DNA of 64,000 bases, from positions 90,954,001-91,018,000 of the forward strand of contig OX597816.1 of assembly GCA_951406725.2 (NCBI GenBank), written 5' to 3'. The first letter of the stretch is position 1; the number at the start of each line of letters is the position of its first letter. Of the stretch, positions 54,805 through 64,000 are shown piece after piece. The translations under genes and the position numbers were made by a program. The DNA is from Octopus vulgaris. Its lineage: Eukaryota. The notes under the pieces are model-generated. The model was not told the origin of the DNA. It did not search any database and worked only from the letters and a program-made list of their open reading frames with translations.

Positions 54805-55101
54805 AATACATGTAAAGAGAATCCATGTGGGATATATATATAGAAAAAAGTGTGGAGAAAAAGAGAACTGGTAAGAATTTTTCGTACTAAAATTAAGAAC
54901 GGTTAAGAATTCCAATTAAAAGATGTATTATATACCATTTGTATATTTTTTAAAAAGCATTGAATTGTATGGTTCTTTTATAATTGGAACTCTTAACTGC
55001 TCTTAATTTTAGTACGAAAAAAGTTTTTTTTTACCAGTTCTCTTTTTCTCACACTTTTTCCCATATATATCCCACATGGATTCTATTTACATGTATTTTT
55101 A

Positions 55102-55147
<46 letters not shown>

Positions 55148-57227
55148 TATTCATACGTGTGGATATGTATGATCATATACATATATATATACGTATTTTA
55201 AGTTGAATTTATAACCGTATGAGTATGTAAAAAAGTTGATTGACTAATTTGAGTTTATATTTTAATTCTTATCTTTTGTCTCGGTTTCGACCCAAGCACT
55301 TCTTAATCAGTTCTATATATTTCGTAAGAAAAAATAATATTATATGTGTGTGTGTATGCATGTACATGCATGCATTTTGTTATCTACATTGCAACGATTG
55401 GAGCTTTGTATCTTTATTAGAAACCAGTTCCGTCCTCAGAGTAAAAATTTAACTAATTAAAAACAGAAGAGAACATATATGTATATCACTGTATCACCCA
55501 AACTATCGAATGTTCCAAGGACCCACTGAACGTTCCTACATTTTGAAATAGATGAAAAATTAAAGAACACTGCATGAAAGGAAGGTGTGAATTTTGAGAA
55601 AATAGTAATCCAGATATAATAGATTCCTTGAGTGTGAAGGATTAAAATTAACCTGTCCGATTGTTAACGAGTAATATGATTGTTGGAGAATAGTTAAGCA
55701 GTCTCAGTTGGATATTACTTTTGTTTGTGAAACAATGATATTTGCTCATCTTTTTAAACCTCTAATAGTCTTATTCAAGGTGGGGAAATAATTTTAAAAT
55801 ACTTACATACACTAAAATGATAATTTTTTTAAAGTTTTTTTTCACTCAAACATCTCATTTGAATGAATCTAGAAAAAAAATCACTGATAAAAAAGATTAT
55901 GGCGGAGTTTCTTGGTGGCGTCGGCTGAAATATTCATCTTAGTCACCAGCATTAGAAAATACTGAATATGCATGTCATGTTACGATACTATCTAAAATGT
56001 TTCCAATCTGTACATCTCATGTATTGTCAATAAATGACTGACAAAATGTTTTTGTTTCATTGTCTTACTCTACTTAAGAAACGGAATCAAAGTGTACAAG
56101 TCTATACTGTAAGTAAATAACGGGTTTAGAATATGCCTTGCTTTGTTACTTTAATTGTTTATAATATTTAAATAAAACGATACTATTTTCCTGTGACTTC
56201 TTTTCCGAGCAGCATTCGAACAACCCTTCAAAATTACAGCATTAAAATACTAAAGACAAATTTACGAAACTTGAACGATACTCATTAGATATCTCGTATT
56301 TGTCCATTATGGTATCAAACAATATGCCAATCGTTAAAATAATCTCATACGCAGTACTTTTAAGCACTAACAAATGTTTAAGACAATACAATTGAACAGA
56401 ACTATACAAATCATTCGTGATTTATGCAAAATTCTTCTGTGATGGAGTTAAAGTCTATAAAAATTATGAAAATGAACAGCAGATATTCTTCTAAAATATA
56501 TTCTGGCCATATCAAATTGTTCAACTTTTGACAAAAGTATGCCCAGCACATAAAACACGACGACCTTTAAACGTCTCACATAAACTATGCTTTCTTCTTA
56601 AAGATTTATTAACAACTTATGGCGACAATTATCAACTAGCATCTATTCATATAACTGAAATCCCACCCCTTCCTAGGGAAAACAAATAAGGATATATCAA
56701 AAGAAGTTCAGCCGTTGACCTTTTCTCTATCAAATGCAGATGACTCTTGAAAATTTTGGAGAAAGGTCAACATCTGATCTTGCCTTTTTTTATAGACTTT
56801 GGCGCAGTAGTTACACTTTGTCTTAAGAAGTCAACCATAACTGAGCACTTAGAATTGCCATCTTCTTTCCGGTCATGCTTTCTTAGCATGCTCCAAATGA
56901 AGAAATATTAAATACTCATCCCCATCCCGTTAATACAAACGCTGACCAGCCTGTTCATAAATATTATTTATTCATGGTTTAAAATAGCTCAACAGAACCT
57001 CTAACATTTGTTTCCATATTATTACATTACTGTAACGATTGGTTAATTAACAACTAAGTCAATATCTTATGTATGTTACATTCATTTCTTTAAAATAAAC
57101 TCAGAAAACAATCAATGGCTATAATGGATGCTTGGAGCTATAAAAGCTACAATGAAGTCACTTTAACACTTATATATATATATTAAAATATATTTATAAA
57201 AGAACATTAATGCTCATGAGAGATATT

Positions 57228-57259
<32 letters not shown>

Positions 57260-60200
57260 CTTCAGCATCATCAACACTGTATGTAGCGTTTATCTTTAAT
57301 TCTACTTATTTCAGCCATTAAACTGCGGTCAGGCTGGGGCATCGCCTTGAAGAAACTTTAGTCAAATGACTCGACCTAGTACATTTTTAAAGCCTGGTAC
57401 TCGGTCTCTTTTGCCAAACCGCTAAGCTACGAGGACGTAAATAAACGAACACCAGCTGTCAAGCGGTGCAGAGGAACAAACACAGACACGAAAACACACT
57501 TACACACACACGTGTGTGTGTGTTTTCATCTACCAAATCCATTTACAAGGCTCGAGGCTGTAGTAGAAGACACTTGACCAAGTTGCCACGCAGTGGGACT
57601 GAACCTGAAGCCATGTGGTTTGGAAGCAAAGTTCTTACCACAGAGCCACGCCTCCGAGTGTTTATTATAAACATACTTTCTTTATACAGCACATTCGACA
57701 TTTGATTTGTGTTTAGAGCTAAGAGTGATTTATCCTCAAGTTAAATTGTATCATACGCACTGGATTTGCTTTACAAGACGGTTAATAAATGTATATATGG
57801 CAAACGAATATGTTCTTTTTGAAAGTGATTAAGTGTATCAGCCTTATTAGGTGGTTAGTTTTTAAACAGTCTCTGATGAAGACAGAAAATTCGCCATTCT
57901 TCCACCTGTCTGAATAGTTACTCTAATTTCTTATGGAGGTAAGCAATTTTTGTCAGTCAGAAACTGAAAAGTTTTGTCGTTCATGTCTTTTCTAAACGTC
58001 TTTAACGATAAAGGTAAGGTAAAAGGAATGACTTTAACAAGTTACTGAAGTCTGTTCTCGGACACGGTCTGTTTGGGAAATTACCATTGTTCAACGTAGC
58101 TCATCTCAGAAAACAGCAAATATTGGTTTCAAATTTTGGCACAAAATCAGCAATTTCGTGGAAGGGATATGCCGATTACTGGTTCTTATTTTATCGATCC
58201 CAAAAGTTTAGAGGCAAAGTCGACCCTAGTGGCATTTGAACTCAGAACGTAAAGACGGACGAAATGCCGCTAAGCGTTTTTGTCCCGTGTGCTAACAATT
58301 ATGCCAGCTCACTGCCTTGAACACAACAAATATTAACAAAAGAAAATGGGTAGGGTGCTTTACTGTTGCTAGTACGGTGCTTCACAGTTCTGAGGTGAAA
58401 ATATACAGGTGTCGATACCGAGCTTAAATTCTATCAGAGTTAATTTTAACTTTCTATTTTTTAAACCCGTTAAATTAATTATAAATGATGGTTCCTGTGC
58501 TGTTAGCTCTATCCAATTTCGTCTGGTTGAGCTCGATTATCGAACCAAATGAGTTTTGTGTTCATTAGGGGAAAGTTATGAAAGAAAAAAAAAACCACGA
58601 CTGGAGCTGAATTCTAAGTTCGTGGTGAAAATGAGAGATGGGATTCGAGCCAGCAATCTAACCTCCAAAATGTGACAAAACGAAATTGCTCCAGAAATTC
58701 AGCTTAACTGGCATAAACATAACAGCTCATCCCGAAAGGAGATAATAGAACTGATAAAAGCCGAAAGGAAGTTCAGCTCCAGTTGTAATTGTTTAAATAA
58801 CAAGTTCACCCTAGCTCTCAACAAAGTTATTTTTAATGACTGATTTCGGAATGTATACCAGAGACTACACCCGTTTAACAAATTGATATAAGCATTCAGC
58901 ATGTATGAGAGATAGTAACTAGACATTTAAAGCGTAAGCGAAACGAAATAGATGGGTGACGATAAAAATGTATAACGACTAAAATACCAAGCTGTTCAGG
59001 AGGATATGGAAAACAATACATGAGAGATGGTGATAAAGTTTTTAACAAAGAAACTAAGGCTCAGTAGACAATAGAGTTTAAAGGAACTAAAGCCGAATGC
59101 TGAAGGACAAAGTGAACGACATTAATGCCAATACTGACAAAAGCTGGGGCTTTTTGTTGTTGTTTTTGTTAAACAGGTTACAGATATTAAATGACAGTTC
59201 ATACAGACGACGGTGACTGATAACAATCGAATGAAGATGAAGTCAAAGAGAACGCAAGAGAAAATAAAGAAAAATGGCTGCTGTAATTGACGGGCGTATC
59301 TTTGGCTGGTAGTAATACTTCAGTTTAAACGTTCCTTATGCAGAAAGAATTGGAGCAGAACTCAACTCCATAAAATTTAATGCGAGCCAATAAGGGAGCT
59401 TCTACATGATAGCTCCATTTGCTAGAAATAGAGGCTAAATCTGCTCACATATTTTACTGCATTAGACAATCCTTGACATACGAGGCATGACCACGGCTGA
59501 GACACTTTGATCATAGATTACAGAACTACTGAATCGGAACTCAATGTATGTGTGTATGTGTGTGTGCGTGTGTATGCTTGTGCGTGTATACAATAAAGTA
59601 GGTGCTGACATAGTTGATGAAATAAGTCAGGAAATTTTGACTAATTATACCCATAGTGATGATGTGGAAAAATAATTATTTTCATGTTTAAATCTGGGTT
59701 GACAACCGCGGAATTTTAACTAAAAATTAAAGTGCAATGCGGAGTGAATCTGACCTTTGGCATTGTGGTAACAACCTCAGACATATTTCGCACCTATTAA
59801 ACCTTATCAGCAGAAAACAGTCTAAACGTTATTGGAGGATCTATAGAATGACTACGCAAATGAAAGTATTCTAATCAGATGAAAAAATATTAATATTACA
59901 CAACATTTTTATTCACTAAACTTGTATATCTTCTCTATTCATTCTAAAGTCTAGCGGAACTTTGGACTTTGTCGAAGTGTATTTACACGCTGAAACACAT
60001 CCGGAGTTTGCACCTCCGAGATGGCAAAGTGCATATAAGTGTTCACTGCATTCTATTTTTAATTAATTAGATAGAAAGAATGAACAAGCAAAACAAGTAA
60101 TATCACTTTAGATTATGTAATTTAAAATTCAAACATAATCGTTGAGCAGTTAGAGTAAAGAAGGGATTACGAAGTTATGCACAAAGTCTCTTATAGTTGT

Positions 60201-62045
60201 TTCTAGAATAGCTGTGTATATGACGCATATTTCAATGAGCAAAAATTTCCATATAAAAGCCAACACCACCATCTTCAGAGAGGAAGGATTAAAGAATATC
60301 GTTAGTAAAGCATATTACTAGTTACCCGTTCCATCGTCGAAGAGAGAGTTGCTAGGCAGCTACAAGGCCTCTTTTGTTTTGTTTTAGTGGTACATGTATA
60401 CATGCATACATACACACAAGCATGCATACATGAATCCGTCCAGCCATAATAATAATAATCCTAGGATGAAATTTATATTTTAATGCTCGCTACACGCGTT
60501 TCCACAAATTACACGTATCTTAAGATCACAGTCCATATTCCTGAGATGATTACAGTGTAGTCCGTAGTATCCGTGGGCATTGGGTAGATCATCTTCATGG
60601 ATTCCTTTCTTCTGGCGATATGACATTAATGGATGTTTAACATACATACATACATATCAGACTGAGAAAAATATGGCAGTCAGAAATCTCTTACAAGGCA
60701 ATATCCCACACTACATTTTCAGTACCAGTGCTGATTCCAAAAATCAGGATACTTGACTCGTCTGTAGAGGAAATCCACTCCTTAGACATTAAAACCCACA
60801 AGATCCTGATCTCAACTGGAAACCTCCACAGAAACAATGATATCGATAGGATCAACCTAAGAAGGGATGAAGGAAGTTGGGGCTTGAATTCAGTGCAGCA
60901 GCAAAATTAAATACATAAACTTAGACCTCTCATACAACGCCAAAATACCTCAACGAGGACCTGAATATGAAACTCTCAAAACACACACACAAAACATTAT
61001 GCGAGGGTCTGTTTCCCGAAGACTTGAAGAAGACAGTGATATTGACATAAAGTGCAGCCCCCTTGGACTCGTAACTGCTACATTACATTACATTACGAAG
61101 GCTATACTATATGCTGCGAAATGCCTGATAAACATAAGAGACAGTGAAGCCCTTGGAGCTCGAAGCTGCAACCGAAAATATAGATTATGTCATATTTCTG
61201 TGGAGGACATCGCACATATGATTAGCATCTGCGCAAAAATGTCATCACGATACTACCTCTCTATGCGATACGACGCTGTCGTAAAAACAAAATACAATGC
61301 CATTTGGAAAAAAGACTATTCTGGAATAAATATAGAGAATCCCTCTTTTATTGAAGACATACACAAACATCAATACAAGGAATACTGGTGGAACATTCCC
61401 ATTAAAACATCTGTCAAATGTAAATATAACAGGCCGGAATTGTTGTTTGGGACAGACAAAAAATGTATGGACCATCATAGAAGTTAGCTCGCTGCTGAAT
61501 TCTTCGAAAATCAAATAGGAAGAGGATAATAACATACAGCTACATACAACTGCTTGGAAACCTTCAGCTTTTATATGCTGATTATAAATTCATATATTAT
61601 AAATTATCAATTCATATTTTTATCAGTAATATTTGGTGCACTTAGGGTGGCGAGCTGGCAGAATCGTTAGTACGCCAGGCGAAATGCGTAGTCGTATTTC
61701 GACTGCCGTTACGTTCTGAGTTCAAATTCCGCCGAGGTCGACTTTGCCTTTCATACTTTCGGGGTCGATAAATTAAGTACCAGTTACGCACTGGGATCGA
61801 TGTAATCGACTTGATCTGTTTGTCTGTCCTTGTTTGTCCCCTCTGTGTTTAGCCCTTCGTGGGTAGTAAAGAAGTAGAAATAGGTATTTCGTCTGTCTTT
61901 ACGTTCTGAGTTCAAATTCCACCGAGGTCGACTTTGCCTTTCATCCTTTCGGGGATGACACTCGCTGACGATACATCGAAGAGGCCAGGGAACAGAAGAA
62001 TGAAGAAGAAAGAAGACATGCACCCAACACCAGAGCTGAAGACAC
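54805..62045 (+). repeat. 7.24 kb duplicated segment, copy 2
   Basis: Near-identical to 47461-54704 with scattered SNPs and homopolymer indels. Confidence 0.95.
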
Positions 62046-62575
62046 CTCCGAAAGGGGGTGGCACATCAAAACGGTAGAGGAGTAGGAGCCGAAACCGGAT
62101 GTGGTTCCTCCTGATGATGTCTTGAGCTAACTGGATCCTATAAAAGAGCTGTTGTGGTAGCAGACCACGAAACACGGTTGTAATTCCTCAGTACCAGTTA
62201 CACACTGAGGTCGATGTAAGCGACTTAATCCCTTTGTCTGTCCTTGTTTGTCCCTTCTATGTTTAGCCCCTGTGGGCAATAAAGAAATAAATATTTGGTA
62301 CACTTGGTTTTGTAAGTAAATGCCTAAGTGACAATCTGGATAAGTTACGGTTCTCAGAATGAGAAACCAGCCGGTTAATTTGTACATTACAAATAAAATC
62401 TGTAAATGGAACAGTAAAAATATGCAAAACTTTTTTGTGAAAATATGTCTTTTCAAATCTAAAATGGGAATTTGTTTTTGTTATCTAAATTCCAAGGATG
62501 GAGGTTTGTATCTTTATTAAAAACCAGCTTCTTCCTCAGAGGAAGATTTCAAATAATAAAAAAAAAGAATAGACC
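60661..62575 (+). mobile_element. R4/Dong-like 3' half remnant, copy 2, interrupted by a SINE dimer
   Basis: Coding resumes after the SINE: …IFGAL|GFVSKCLSDNLDKLRF…LQIKSVNGTVKICKTFL*, then 3' UTR. Confidence 0.8.
61645..62289 (+). mobile_element. SINE-A dimer (tail-2) with TSD and a 235-bp foreign patch
   Basis: TSD aatatttggt(g/a)cactt at about 61628-61643 and 62290-62305; patch at 61955-62189. Confidence 0.88.
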
Positions 62576-62595
62576 ATACATGTATATTTTTTATA

Positions 62596-63847
62596 TTGGG
62601 TTGAGGAATAATTAATGAGCATTTTTATCAAAAGTTAAAAATACACGCAGAAATATAACGCATTGGCAAAATGTTTTGTGTCATTTAAAAGAAAATTTTT
62701 GCTCTACAAGATAGTGTGTTTTGACTTTGTAATTTTATTGATTTTTGTGTATTTTCAGATCAAGTGGACAAAACTGAGCATTTTCGACACCATTTGCTTT
62801 TTGCATTTAGTCGAGGTGTTAAAGCCACCGAAGCTGCCCGTGAGATTTGTACTGTTTATAGAGAAGGAGCAATGCCTCAAAGTACCGCCCGCCGTTGGTT
62901 TTCGCACGTCAAAAATGGGATTTTTGACCTCAAGGAAGGATCACACACCAGTCGACGAATTGAGTTCGGTGAAGAACGATTGAATCAACTTCTTCACGAA
63001 AATCCACATCAAACGACCAGAGAATTGGCAGAGCAGATGGATTGAGATAAAAAAAAAAAAACTGTGATGAACCACCTTCACTCAATGGGCAAGGTTCAGA
63101 AACTCGGCGCTTGAGTAAAAATAACAAAAGTCAACGCTCCACAATCGCCATCAGTTTGCTCGCTCGACATCGCACAACACATGGTCACAAAGAGCGTTTT
63201 CTTTACTGCATTGTCACTGGCGATGAAAGATTGTGCCTTTACGTCAATATGAAGCAGCGAAAAGAATGGCTCAGTCGTGATAAACAAGTGACTCCGCGAG
63301 CAAAACAAGACCTTCATCCTCGAAAGACCATGTTGTGTGTATGGTTGTATTGGGAAGGCATAATTCATTACGAACTGCTTGAGTGCAACCAAACGCTCAA
63401 TGCAGATCTTTACGTTCAACAACTGCATCAACTCAACGAAGCAATTCAGCAAAAATGACCGAAATGGCGTTCTTCTGCAACACGACAATGCCCGTCCTCA
63501 CATCGCCAATATGACCAAAGGCGCGATTCGAGAACTCGAATGGGAAGTGCTGCCTCATACTCCATACTCTCCAGATATGGCGCCGTCAGACTTTCATCTC
63601 TTTCGACTGCTTTCAAGCACTTTACGCAGTGTATCGTTCAATAATGACGTGGAATTGAGGGCTTGGTTGGACGAATTCTTTGAGTCAAGACCGGGAGATT
63701 TCTATCACCGAGGCATCGAAAAACTTATTCAACGATGGGATGAAGTCGTAAACAGCGACGGAGAGTATATTATTGATTAATTTGTTGTAGTTGTTTTTGT
63801 TTAAAATATATTTGAAAAATATGCTCATAAATTATTCCTCAACCTAA
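62596..63847 (+). mobile_element. Near full-length mariner (DD34D) transposon
   Basis: TIRs ttgggttgaggaataattaatgagcat / atgctcataaattattcctcaacctaa; TA on the left, CA on the right. Confidence 0.93.
62764..63780 (+). pseudogene. Mariner transposase pseudogene
   Basis: DKTEHFRHHLLFAF HTH start, IVTGDE, HDNARPH, YSPDMAPSDFHLF; split over three ORFs, and the WVPHEL motif is missing. Confidence 0.92.
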
Positions 63848-63849
63848 CA

Positions 63850-64000
63850 GCAGAACTCAAAGCAATTCAAAGAAGCTACACAAAGAAGATCGTCTCAATG
63901 CAAAATATCAGCTACTGGGAAAGACTGAAAGTATTAAACCTCTTCTCCCTAGAGCGAAGGCGAGAGAGATATGCGGTGATATACATCTGGAAAATCCTGG
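63850..64000 (+). pseudogene. CR1-like LINE RT C-terminal fragment (runs off the window)
   Basis: AELKAIQRSYTKKIVSMQNISYWERLKVLNLFSLERRRERYAVIYIWKIL. Confidence 0.8.

Overview
AT-rich, microsatellite-dense eukaryotic intergenic/intronic DNA. The SINE families and repeat landscape look like an octopus (coleoid cephalopod) genome; that assignment is from recognition, not a search. I find no supportable host protein-coding exon, rRNA, true tRNA or CRISPR array, and nearly all listed ORFs are microsatellite artefacts. The window is a nest of mobile elements: ~30 units of a tRNA-derived SINE (family A, two alternative 3' tails), a second SINE (family B), decayed R4/Dong, RTE, CR1-like and L1/Tx1-like LINE pieces, two mariners and several MITEs/foldbacks. 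A 7.24 kb near-identical duplication flanks a 100-N gap and is probably an assembly overlap. The two most interesting signals: (1) a self-targeting retroposon set in which 'tail-2' SINEs and a 1.65 kb ORF1-only (CCHC knuckle) element share one 3' tail and insert into the heads of other SINE-A copies, with a filled/empty site pair inside the window; (2) minimal hammerhead-ribozyme-like motifs, including one at 24769-24819 (-) with a compensatory G3:C8 core swap.
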